64,000 nucleotides of DNA, taken from an uncultured Chloroflexia bacterium. GTDB lineage: Bacteria > Chloroflexota > Limnocylindria > Limnocylindrales > CSP1-4. Position 1 is the first letter of the stretch, and each line of letters begins with the position of its first letter. The DNA lies in NCBI GenBank assembly GCA_963707215.1, contig CAVPPB010000002.1:384001-448000 (forward strand), given 5' to 3'. The position numbers and the translations under genes are program-made. The notes beneath the pieces were generated by a model. That model had not been told where the DNA came from and made no database searches. It saw nothing but the letters and a program-made list of their open reading frames with translations. This document shows positions 30,197-39,113 of the stretch, piece after piece.

Positions 30197-31047
30197 GCAG
30201 CGTCGCGACGGCCGGCGTCCGCCGGGCCCATCCCCCCTCACCGCGCCCCGGCCAGGGCCTCCGCGACGCCATCGAGAACGCACTGCCGGCGATCGTCTCC
30301 CTGGGCGTCGGTGCGATCCTGTGGGAGGTCGCGGCCCGGGTCTGGGACGTCGCCTTCTTCCCGCCGCTCTCGGTCGTTCTTGGCCGCCTCGTGGAGATGA
30401 TCGGGGACGGGCTGATCATCGAGAGCCTTGCCAACAGCCTCCTGAACCTTGCCCTCGGCTTCGGCTTCTCGGTCGTCGTCGGCGTCGGGATCGGGATGCT
30501 GATGGGCGCCTACCGCCGGGTCGACATGGCCCTCGACGTCTACGTCTACGCGTTGCTGACGGCCCCGTCCCTCGTCTTCGCGCCGATCCTGCTGGCCGTG
30601 TTCGGGATCGATGGGATCCGCTTCGCGGTCATCGGGGTCATCGTCCTGTACTCGATCTTCATCATCATCGTGAACACGACGGCAGCGATCAAGGGAACGT
30701 CGCCGGCGCTCATCGAGATGGGGCGCGCCTACTGTGCCACCGACCGCCAGCTCTTCCGCCGGATCATCCTGCCGGCTGCGCTGCCGCTCATCTTCGCGGG
30801 GTTGCGGCTCGGGATGGCCCGGGCGGTGAAGGGGATGATCAACGGCGAGATGTTCATCGCGGTCGTCGGCCTGGGGGCCGTCGTCCAGAACTCCGGCAAG
30901 CGCTTCGACGCCGCGTCCGTGCTCGCCGTCCTCATCGTGATCATCGTCGTGGCGATGGTCCTCGTGAAGCTCGTCCAGCTCCTTGACGCGCGGGCCACCA
31001 GCTGGCTCCCGTCCACCGCCCGGACGCGGCGCAGGCGCGGCACGTGA
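30193..31047 (+). CDS. ABC permease (SsuC/TauC type), second TMD
   Basis: FFPP, LIEMGRAYCA..IILPAALP, GLRLG. Confidence 0.9.
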   Translation: MSSVATAGVRRAHPPSPRPGQGLRDAIENALPAIVSLGVGAILWEVAARVWDVAFFPPLSVVLGRLVEMIGDGLIIESLANSLLNLALGFGFSVVVGVGIGMLMGAYRRVDMALDVYVYALLTAPSLVFAPILLAVFGIDGIRFAVIGVIVLYSIFIIIVNTTAAIKGTSPALIEMGRAYCATDRQLFRRIILPAALPLIFAGLRLGMARAVKGMINGEMFIAVVGLGAVVQNSGKRFDAASVLAVLIVIIVVAMVLVKLVQLLDARATSWLPSTARTRRRRGT

Positions 31048-31817
31048 GCGAGCGGCTCGCCGGCAAGGTCGCCATCGTCACCGGCGCCGGGCAGAACATC
31101 GGCCGGGCGACGGCCCTGCGCTTCGCCGCGGAGGGCGCGGCCGTCGCGGTCGTGGATCTCGACGAGGGACGCGCGTCCCGCGTCGCCGCTGAGATCGCCG
31201 ACGAGGGCGGCCGGGCGATCCCGGTCGTCGCAGACGTCACCGACGAACCCTCGGTCGAGGCGATGGTCGCCCGGGTCCTCCAGGAGTGGGGTCGCATCGA
31301 CGTCCTCGTCAACAATGTCGCCGCCACCACGAACAAGGGTCTCCTGGACACGACCCTCGAAGAGTGGGACCGGGTCCAGGCGATCACCCTTCGCTCCGCC
31401 TTCCTTTGCGGCAAGCACGTGGCCCGAGCGATGGTCGATGGCGCGGTGAAGGGCGCGATCGTCAACGTCGGATCGACGAGCGGCCACCGGGGCATCCGCA
31501 ACAAGGTCGCCTACGCAGCCGCGAAGGGCGGCGTCAACAACCTCACCCGGGCGATGGCCATGGAGCTGGCACCCCACGGCATCCGGGTCAACACGTTGAC
31601 CCCGACGCAGACCGGCAGTCCGGTCGGCATGGCCGACGAGGACTTCTCCGCCGAACGTGCCGGCGAGGCCAAGGGCATCCCGATCGGCCGGTTCGGGCAG
31701 CCGGGGGACCAGGCCGCGGCCGCGCTCTTCCTCGCCTCGGACGAGGCCGGGTTCGTGACCGGCGCCGACCTGGTCTGCGACGGTGGCCTGCTGGCGATCT
31801 TCCCGAAGTCGAACTAG
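31044..31817 (+). CDS. Short-chain dehydrogenase/reductase
   Basis: TGAGQNIG, YAAAK, GIRVN, DGG. Confidence 0.92.
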   Translation: MSERLAGKVAIVTGAGQNIGRATALRFAAEGAAVAVVDLDEGRASRVAAEIADEGGRAIPVVADVTDEPSVEAMVARVLQEWGRIDVLVNNVAATTNKGLLDTTLEEWDRVQAITLRSAFLCGKHVARAMVDGAVKGAIVNVGSTSGHRGIRNKVAYAAAKGGVNNLTRAMAMELAPHGIRVNTLTPTQTGSPVGMADEDFSAERAGEAKGIPIGRFGQPGDQAAAALFLASDEAGFVTGADLVCDGGLLAIFPKSN

Positions 31818-31896
31818 CCGGCGGCGCTCGGTCCTCCGGCCACGGCGCGGCACGCGCGACCGGTCGGGACCTGCCCCGGCCCGCCTCGGAGACGCG

Positions 31897-32622
31897 TCAT
31901 CCCCCCGAAGCGACTCCCATGTCGCGGAGGAGCCGCCCGTACCCGTCGATCGGGCGGTCGTAGCCGGCCCGGGCCAGGCAGGCCCGGACCTGGGCCTGCA
32001 CGTTGGTGACGACCGGGAGCCCCGTCTCGGTCTCGATCCGGTCGATCACCGAGGTCACGGGGAGGGATCCACAGGGCAGGTAGATGACGTTGCCGTCCGG
32101 GTGGGCGGAGGCCAGGTCGATGGCCTGACGGGCGATGAGGTCCGGGTCCAGCTGGGCGATGTCCCGGTTCCGCTCGATGTCCAGGCTGTCATGGCCGACG
32201 ACCGCGAGCCCCTCGTCCTGGAGCGTCGTGACCCTCCGCTCCGTCTGCTTGACCGGGTAGGGGCTGGCGATCAGGACCCGGGTGCCGTCGACCGCGTCGA
32301 TCGCCTCCAGCTCGGCCTGCAGCGATGTCACGTACGGGCGCGATGTCCGAGCCCCGATCTCGGCGAGCAACCGCTCGTGGCCCGCCTTGCCGTACAGCGT
32401 CACGACCGGGCTCCCGCCGACGTTGATGACGTCGACCCCCTCGTCGTCGAGCTGCTCGACCTTCTCCAGGATCTGGGCATGGGCCCGTTCGAGATCCTCG
32501 TCGCGCAGCCGTCGGACCCCGAGCGAGAAGACAGCCAGCCGGACATCGGGTGGCAGGATCTCGTGCCACCAGACGCCTTCCATCCACATGCTCGGCTCGA
32601 TCCGTCCGATCCAGATCGTCAC
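31897..32622 (-). CDS. Asp/Glu-racemase superfamily protein (maleate isomerase/arylmalonate decarboxylase-like)
   Basis: RBS GGAAGGGAGG before GTG 32622; SPYP, IYLPCGSL, IE..TGLPVVTN, GYGRLL. Confidence 0.8.
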   Translation of the reverse strand: MTIWIGRIEPSMWMEGVWWHEILPPDVRLAVFSLGVRRLRDEDLERAHAQILEKVEQLDDEGVDVINVGGSPVVTLYGKAGHERLLAEIGARTSRPYVTSLQAELEAIDAVDGTRVLIASPYPVKQTERRVTTLQDEGLAVVGHDSLDIERNRDIAQLDPDLIARQAIDLASAHPDGNVIYLPCGSLPVTSVIDRIETETGLPVVTNVQAQVRACLARAGYDRPIDGYGRLLRDMGVASGG

Positions 32623-32919
32623 GGTTCCTCCCTTCCGGGGAGCCTGCGCAGCCCCCGGGATCCGTTGCGTCGGCGATGCTCCATGCAGTAGGATACCAGC
32701 GCATACCGACGCCGACGGACGGGTCTCGGGCCCGCCTGACGCAGGGAGGATGAGCCGCCCAAGGGAGGGCGCTCCAGGTGCGGAGGAGGACCAGCCATCC
32801 CGTGCGGACGACCCTCCGGATGGCCGGTGCACGACCCGGCGACCATGCGACCCGGACCGACGAGTGGCATCCGCTCGCAGCGTCTGCTGCCGCCCCCGGC
32901 GCCTCGCTGACGGCCGCCG

Positions 32920-33786
32920 ATGCCGCCGATCGATCCCAAGCTGATCGCGCTCGTGACGGCGATCTCGTTCGGGCTGAACCCGGTCACCCTGAAGCTGGGA
33001 TTCGGGAAGGGCGGTCGACCCGACACGGCGATGATCCTGGGGCTCTTCATCGCCGTCCCGGCCTACCTCTTGATCCTGCCGCTGGCCGGCGGGCTCCAGT
33101 GGGAGCTGGTGACGGCGGCGGCGCTCTTCGGGTACATCCTGGGCGGCCTGTTCGGGACCGGGATCGGCCGGCGTTGGCTCTACATCGCGATCGATCGGAT
33201 CGGCGCCTCCCCGGCGACCGCCATCAAGAACTCGGCGCCGGTCATCACGACGATGCTGGCAGCCATCGTCTACGCCGAGCCGGTCACCCCGCTCCGCTGG
33301 GCGGCCGTCGGAGCGATCGTCCTCGGCGTGGTCCTGGTGACCTGGAAGCCCGGCTCCGGGGTCAAACGCTGGATCGACATCGGTGTGCTCGCTGCGATCG
33401 GCGCAGCGCTCTCGTACGGCGTCCGACCCCTGTTCCTCAAGTTCGGCCTCGAGGCTGCCGATCTGCCGGTCACGGCTGCCTTTGTCGGCGCGATCGCCGC
33501 GCTCGTATACGCGCTGTCGTTCGGCGACCGAACGGGCCTCCTGCATGCGCACCGTGAGCCCGCGTTCGGCCTGTTCGTCGCATCCGGGCTCCTGCAGGCA
33601 CTCGGGTTCCTGGCGCTCAGTTTCGGCCTCTCGGGAGGTGAGGTGAGCGTCGTCTACCCGGTCACCGCCAGCGCACCGCTGTTCACGCTGGCGTTCACCG
33701 CGATCCTCCTGCGGGGAAAGGAGCAGCTGACCTGGCGGATCGTCCTCGGCGCCGTCGCCGTGGTGCTCGGGGTGATCGCGCTCTAG
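32920..33786 (+). CDS. EamA/DMT family transporter
   Basis: Two EamA repeats, 10 TM, GEVSVVYPV..APLF. Confidence 0.88.
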   Translation: MPPIDPKLIALVTAISFGLNPVTLKLGFGKGGRPDTAMILGLFIAVPAYLLILPLAGGLQWELVTAAALFGYILGGLFGTGIGRRWLYIAIDRIGASPATAIKNSAPVITTMLAAIVYAEPVTPLRWAAVGAIVLGVVLVTWKPGSGVKRWIDIGVLAAIGAALSYGVRPLFLKFGLEAADLPVTAAFVGAIAALVYALSFGDRTGLLHAHREPAFGLFVASGLLQALGFLALSFGLSGGEVSVVYPVTASAPLFTLAFTAILLRGKEQLTWRIVLGAVAVVLGVIAL

Positions 33787-33853
33787 CTTCCGGTCGTCTA
33801 CCCGGGCCGATCCGGAGACCGACCACAAGCCACACGAATCATGGGAGACGCGA

Positions 33854-35296
33854 ATGGCACAGGACCTACGGACATATCTCGATGCGCTTCTCGCTGCGGA
33901 CCCAGATGGCGTCTACGTCGTCGAGGACGAGGTCGACCCGGAGTTCGAGGCGACCGCGATCGTCCACAAGATCCTCAACGACCCGGCCTACCCCCGGTTC
34001 CCGGCCGTGCTCTTCAAGAACGTCAAGGGCTCGCCGGTCCCGCTGATGCTCAACCTCCACGGCACCTACGACCGGGTCGCCCTGAGCATCGGCGCCGACG
34101 TCCACGGGATGGTCGACGAGTACGCTCGCCGCGAAGGTAGCCCCATCCCGACGACGCTGGTCGAGAGCGACCAGGCGCCGGTCCACGAGGTCGTCTGGAC
34201 CGGCGACCAGATCGACATCACCAAGTTCCCGTTCCTCGTCCACCAGGAGCTCGACGCGGGCAAGTACATCACCTCGGCCGCGACGATCTCCCGGGACCCC
34301 GACTCCGGCCGCCTCAACTCGGGCATCTTCCGGCACCAGATCCAGGGCCCCGGACAGGTCGGCTTCATGACCAACCCGGCCCACCACACCTCGTACATCC
34401 TCCGGGCGAACCGGGAGGCAGGCCAGCCGATGCAGGTCGCCCTGGTCATCGGCCACCACCCGGCGATGCTCATGTCGGCGGTCTCGAAGCTGCCGGGCAT
34501 CGGCGGGGAGCTCGAGGTCATGGGCGGCCTCCTCGGCGAGTCGGTCGAGGTCGTCAAGGCCAAGACGGTCGACCTCGAGGTCCCGGCCCGCGCCGAGATC
34601 GTGATCGAGGGCATCGTCGACACCGACCCGGACAAGGTCCAGAACGAAGGACCCTTCGGTGAGTACCCGCTCTACTACACGCGCCTCGGCCCGATGCCGT
34701 GGGTGAAGGTCACCGCGGTCACCATGCGCCGCCAGCCGATCTACGTCGACGTCTTCAATGCCCATCGAGAGCACCTCGTCCTGGGCGCCCTGCCCCGCAT
34801 GGGCTCGATCCTTCGCCGCGTCCGCGACGCGATGCCGACCGTCACCGCGGTCAACCTGCCGCTCATGGGCATCCGGAGCACCCTCTTCATCGCCATGAAG
34901 AAGCGGGTCGAGGGTGAGCCCAAGATCGCGGCCAGCGCGGCCTTCGCGGTCGATCCGATCCTGAAGCACATCTTCATCGTCGACGACGACATCGACGTCT
35001 TCGACAGCGACCAGGTCATGTGGGCCTTCACGACCCGGTTCCAGGGCGACCGCGACCTGATCGTCATGCCCAACTTCCTTGGCGGCCACCTCAACCCGGT
35101 GACCTACGGCTGGCACCGGGAGGAGAAGGGCCCACAGGAGACGAAGATGATCCTGGACTGCACGAAGCCGGCCCCGCCGGTGACATTCCCGCCCGCCTGC
35201 CGGGTCCCCCCGGACGTCGTCGAGCGGGTCCGGCCGGGTCAGCTCCTGAAGCGCGCCACCACGACGGAGGCGCTCTTCAACGAGCCGATGGGCTGA
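33854..35296 (+). CDS. UbiD-family prFMN-dependent decarboxylase #2
   Basis: DLRTYL, DAGKYIT, EGPFGEYPLYY, VDDDIDVFD..VMWA, LDCTKP. Confidence 0.93.
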   Translation: MAQDLRTYLDALLAADPDGVYVVEDEVDPEFEATAIVHKILNDPAYPRFPAVLFKNVKGSPVPLMLNLHGTYDRVALSIGADVHGMVDEYARREGSPIPTTLVESDQAPVHEVVWTGDQIDITKFPFLVHQELDAGKYITSAATISRDPDSGRLNSGIFRHQIQGPGQVGFMTNPAHHTSYILRANREAGQPMQVALVIGHHPAMLMSAVSKLPGIGGELEVMGGLLGESVEVVKAKTVDLEVPARAEIVIEGIVDTDPDKVQNEGPFGEYPLYYTRLGPMPWVKVTAVTMRRQPIYVDVFNAHREHLVLGALPRMGSILRRVRDAMPTVTAVNLPLMGIRSTLFIAMKKRVEGEPKIAASAAFAVDPILKHIFIVDDDIDVFDSDQVMWAFTTRFQGDRDLIVMPNFLGGHLNPVTYGWHREEKGPQETKMILDCTKPAPPVTFPPACRVPPDVVERVRPGQLLKRATTTEALFNEPMG

Positions 35297-35314
35297 GCCC
35301 CGGCCCGACGAAGC

Positions 35315-35348
35315 AGGAAGGCCGCCGGGATGCCCCGGCGGCCTTCCT
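35315..35348. terminator. Terminator hairpin between convergent ubiD#2 and CBS gene
   Basis: AGGAAGGCCGCCGGG-atgc-CCCGGCGGCCTTCCT. Confidence 0.7.
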
Positions 35349-35380
35349 CGTTCCGTCGTCGCCCGGCAGCGGACCCGGGA

Positions 35381-36064
35381 TCAGCCGGGCATCGGTGGGG
35401 GAGCCGACCCCTGCCAGGTCTCGGCGTCGGGCCGAGGCTGGAGCCAGGCGACGTCCGTGTCATCGACGGCCACGACCCCGTCGATCCGCTCGGCCACGCG
35501 GCGAGCTGTCTCGGCAAGCGACTGGTGGGCGACCGTGCCGGCCAGCACGACGACCCCATCCTGGACCGCCACGACCCGCAGCCCGTCCACGGCCCGCAGG
35601 CTCTCGCGGACGATGCCGGCGAGCTCGGCGTCATCGCGGGCGTAGGCCCGGACGATGTCGGCGCGGGTCACGATCCCGATGAGCCGCCCATCCTCGACGA
35701 CGGGCAGTCGGTTGATCCGCCCCTTCTCCATCCGGCTCGCCGCTTCGCCGAGCGGCCGATCCGGGGCGATGCTGACGACCGGCGAGGTCATGGCCTCACC
35801 GGCGTTCCTCGCCCGGACCCGGTTGACCACCGCAGCGTCTTCGTGGGCGCTCAGGAAGGCGAGTGGTCGTCGGCGGCGCTCCGGCGAGCCGGCATCCTTG
35901 GTCAGGAAGTCCGCCTCCGAGACCACGCCGAGGAGCCGCCCGTCCGAGTCGATGACGGGGACGCCGCTTATGCGGTGCTCGACCAGGAGCCGTGCGACCT
36001 CCTTCAGGGATGTCTCGGGGCCCACCGTCAGGACCTGGCTCGTCATCGCGTCGCGGACGTACAT
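35381..36064 (-). CDS. CBS-pair + BON domain protein
   Basis: VRDAMT, HRISGVPV..GVVSEAD, INRLPVV..GIVTRAD, GVVVLAGTV..DGVVAV. Confidence 0.88.
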   Translation of the reverse strand: MYVRDAMTSQVLTVGPETSLKEVARLLVEHRISGVPVIDSDGRLLGVVSEADFLTKDAGSPERRRRPLAFLSAHEDAAVVNRVRARNAGEAMTSPVVSIAPDRPLGEAASRMEKGRINRLPVVEDGRLIGIVTRADIVRAYARDDAELAGIVRESLRAVDGLRVVAVQDGVVVLAGTVAHQSLAETARRVAERIDGVVAVDDTDVAWLQPRPDAETWQGSAPPPMPG

Positions 36065-36161
36065 CGCACACCTCTGATCCGTCGCAGCCATCGTCGCCTG
36101 CGTCGCCTGCGTCTCGCGAGGGCCGTCCGGACCGGCCACCAGGCATCTGTCGAACGGCCAT

Positions 36162-36177
36162 CGGGCCGAACGGCCCG
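36162..36177. promoter_or_regulatory. DevR(DosR)/OsdR-like NarL-family operator palindrome
   Basis: CGGGCCG-AA-CGGCCCG, with degenerate copies at 36120 and 36179, upstream of the CBS-BON gene. Confidence 0.5.
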
Positions 36178-36312
36178 GGGGCCGGTGGACCGGTGGACCC
36201 GGGGCGTCGCTGCGCCGGCCGGCCGGGCTACCGTCCCGGCCCGTATACTACGGTGTACACCGTTTCCCGACGGGGGTGGGTCCGGAGGCGGTCGCCGGAA
36301 CGAGGGACGTCG

Positions 36313-36549
36313 ATGACTGGCCCTGGCGATGACCGGACGGAGATCGAACGCTTCCAGGAGCTCTACCTCGCCGGCGTCATCGAGGGCGTGGCCCTGGTGG
36401 CGGCGGACGCCGAGGCCTGCCCGGCCTGCCTTGTCGTGAGCGACCGACTCTACCTTCCGACGCGGCTGCCACGGTTGCCGATCGAGGGCTGCGACCGTCT
36501 TGCTGGCTGCCGCTGCCGCTACGAGCCCTCGGTCACCGTCTACGAGTAG
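36313..36549 (+). CDS. Small Cys-rich hypothetical protein (CPAC...GC...GCRC)
   Basis: RBS GAGGG, ATG 36313, 78 aa, GC3-rich codons. Confidence 0.6.
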   Translation: MTGPGDDRTEIERFQELYLAGVIEGVALVAADAEACPACLVVSDRLYLPTRLPRLPIEGCDRLAGCRCRYEPSVTVYE

Positions 36550-36605
36550 GTGTCGGACGGATCCTCCGATCCAGGATCCGTCCCGGACGATAGCCGGAGG
36601 GGATC

Positions 36606-37706
36606 ATGAGCAGTTTCGTCGTCATCGGTGGGGGTCTGCTCGGGGCCGCGACCGCGCATCGACTCAGTTCCGCAGGAGCGGACGTGACGATCGTCGAGGC
36701 CGCTGAACCCGGATCCGGGACCTCGGGTCGGACCTTCGCCTGGCTCAATGCCCAGGAGAAGTCACCCGCTCACTACTTCGACCTGAACCGGGCCGGCATG
36801 CGGGCGTACGCGGCGATCCGCGACGAGCTGGGTGACGACAGCTGGTATCACCCGGGCGGCGACCTCGCCATCGGGGTCGGCCCGGCAGCGGCCGGCGCTG
36901 CCGATCGAGCGGCCCGACACGAAGCGCTGGGCTATGCGGTCAGGACCGTCGACCCGGGGGAGCTCGAGGATCTCGAGCCGAACATCCGGCTCGACACGGC
37001 GCTCGACCATGCGATCTTCCTGTACCCCGAGGAGGCCTGGGTCGAGGCCGACGTCCTGGCTCGCCGGCTCGTGGACGCCGCGGTCGGCCTGGGCGCACGT
37101 CTCCTCACGGGCGATGCGGTGGTGGCGTTCGACCGGTCGCCGCAGCGCATCGAGGGCGTCCGCCTACGGTCGGGCGCCCGGCTGACCGCCGACCAGGTCC
37201 TCCTGGCTGCCGGACCGGACTCGGAACGGATCGCCGCGCTGGCCGGGGTCCGGTTGCCGACGTCGCCGACCCCCGGACTCCTGGCCATCACGACTCCCAC
37301 GGCCGCGACCGTCGGTCGGGTCATCCACGCCGGTCAGCTGTCGCTTCGTCCGGAGCCCGGTGGTCGGATCATGCTGGCGTCACGGAGCATCGACGGTCAG
37401 CTCGACAGGGAGGCGAGCACGGTGGCGCTGGACGGTCCGGAATGCTCGGCCCTGCTCGATCTCGCCCGTCGGCTGCTGCCCGGTCTTGCCGACACGCGGA
37501 TCGGCGAGGTCCGCATCGGCCGGCGTTCCGTCGCCGAAGACGGCCTGCCGGTCGCCGGGCCCGCGCCCGATGTGGCCGGCCTCTACCTGCTCGTTTCGCA
37601 CAGCGGGGTGACCCTGACCCCCCTGCTGGGGCGCCTGGTCGCCGGCGAGCTCCTCGACGGAGCGAACGAGCTCCTGGAGCCGTATCGACCCGACCGCTTC
37701 GCCTGA
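36606..37706 (+). CDS. FAD-dependent oxidoreductase (DAO/glycine oxidase family)
   Basis: VIGGGLLG, GTSGRTFAW, DGLPVAG, HSGVTL. Confidence 0.88.
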   Translation: MSSFVVIGGGLLGAATAHRLSSAGADVTIVEAAEPGSGTSGRTFAWLNAQEKSPAHYFDLNRAGMRAYAAIRDELGDDSWYHPGGDLAIGVGPAAAGAADRAARHEALGYAVRTVDPGELEDLEPNIRLDTALDHAIFLYPEEAWVEADVLARRLVDAAVGLGARLLTGDAVVAFDRSPQRIEGVRLRSGARLTADQVLLAAGPDSERIAALAGVRLPTSPTPGLLAITTPTAATVGRVIHAGQLSLRPEPGGRIMLASRSIDGQLDREASTVALDGPECSALLDLARRLLPGLADTRIGEVRIGRRSVAEDGLPVAGPAPDVAGLYLLVSHSGVTLTPLLGRLVAGELLDGANELLEPYRPDRFA

Positions 37707-37755
37707 GTGGTCCATGCCCGAGCCGGAGGACCCGGTCGGGGGCGGCTACGCGCGG

Positions 37756-38829
37756 TCAGCCGGCCGGCTCGGTCCCGACGGGGATGGGAGCACCGATGGA
37801 CGACGCTGGCGTGGCCGATGCCGCATCAGACCCGGGCGCGGTCGGTCGCCAGTGGGGTGCGCTCTCCGGGGGTCGGTAGCGGACCATGCGACCGATCAGC
37901 CGTCGGATCCGGAGTCCCTCCAGCGGCCCCAGGGCGTAGAGCGGCATCGGGGTGAGCCAGACGGCGCTGCCGAGCGACACGGCGTCCGCGCCGGCCCAGA
38001 AGAACTCCCGGCAGTCGTCGAACGTCCGGATCCCGGCCGTCGCGATGATCGGCAGCCGGATGCCGGCGTCGCGTAGCTCCGCCACGACCCGCAGGCCGAT
38101 CGGCTTGATGGCCCGGCCGGAGATGCTCCCGAAGCGATTGCGCATCCACGGCTCGCCGGTCTCCGGGTCGAGCCGGAGCCCCTTGACGGCGTTGATGGCC
38201 GTCACCGCAGCGACCCCGTTGCGCTCGGCGGCACGCGCCTGGGCGACGTAGTCCTCGTCAGGCGACAGCTTGAGGATGACCGGATGACGACTCTGGGGAA
38301 CGGCCCGGCGGAGGACGTCATCGAGGATCGTGTCGAAGGGGAAGTTCACGTTGTGGCACGAGACGTTGAACTCGACCGCGGCGATCTTGCCGGGCGCCAC
38401 GCGTCGGTTGACGGTGTCGACGAGCTGCTCGAACTCGACCGCCGAGAAGCCACCGAGCGAGATGATCCGGTTGAGGTTCGAGGTCCTCGGGAAGTACTCG
38501 TCGAGGTAGGCCTCGATGCCGATGTTGCACCAGCCGAAGGCGTTCATCCAGCCGGCGTCGACCTTGCGGAGGGCCCGGCCGTACAAGCGCAGCATCGCCG
38601 GGAACTCGGTCAGCGACCAGTCCTCTCGAAGGCTGAAGTGTCCCTCGCGCGGCTCGGTCGTCAGGGTCCGCGTCGTCACCGCCCCGAAGCGCTCCAGGGG
38701 GACCCACTGGGCGATCGGGCTCATGCCGTACAGGATCAGCCGGCGCTTCGAGGCGCCGTAGCCGAGCAGGCTGGCCGACGTCAGCAGCCGGTTGCGAAGC
38801 CTGATCCCGTTGAGGTCGATCGTCGGCAT
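37756..38829 (-). CDS. Dihydroorotate dehydrogenase (class 1)-like flavoprotein, divergent
   Basis: LRNRL..SAS, NAFG, EFNVSCHN, KLSP, IN, GSISGRAIKP, GADAV; pyrE nearby. Confidence 0.7.
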   Translation of the reverse strand: MPTIDLNGIRLRNRLLTSASLLGYGASKRRLILYGMSPIAQWVPLERFGAVTTRTLTTEPREGHFSLREDWSLTEFPAMLRLYGRALRKVDAGWMNAFGWCNIGIEAYLDEYFPRTSNLNRIISLGGFSAVEFEQLVDTVNRRVAPGKIAAVEFNVSCHNVNFPFDTILDDVLRRAVPQSRHPVILKLSPDEDYVAQARAAERNGVAAVTAINAVKGLRLDPETGEPWMRNRFGSISGRAIKPIGLRVVAELRDAGIRLPIIATAGIRTFDDCREFFWAGADAVSLGSAVWLTPMPLYALGPLEGLRIRRLIGRMVRYRPPESAPHWRPTAPGSDAASATPASSIGAPIPVGTEPAG

Positions 38830-38879
38830 GGGGGCCTATCGTGGCACGCGCCGAGGGTCCGCGTGGGGCCTCGCCGGGC

Positions 38880-39113
38880 TCAGCCGGCGCGCCAGTCGGA
38901 GGTGATCGATCTCGGCAGCGAGGAGCTCTCGCTGGGCGTCCCACACTCGCGAGCGTAGATCGCCCGCTTCTCGTCGATGATCCGGCGCAGCTCGCGGTAG
39001 CGCGGGGTCGGCGTCGCTCCAGCGCTCACCTTGATCCACAGTCCCTCGAACTCGGCCTGGAGGCCATCGATCTCGGTTCGGAGTGCCTCGCAGTCGGTCG
39101 TTTCGCCAGCCAT
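38880..39113 (-). CDS. Small hypothetical protein (77 aa, coiled-coil-like)
   Basis: RBS GAGGAAG before ATG 39113; plausible codon usage. Confidence 0.55.
   Translation of the reverse strand: MAGETTDCEALRTEIDGLQAEFEGLWIKVSAGATPTPRYRELRRIIDEKRAIYARECGTPSESSSLPRSITSDWRAG

Noticed and set aside
32623-33828. 643-aa ORF extending the racemase-fold gene
   Set aside because: Antisense to the EamA gene; there is a good RBS at GTG 32622.
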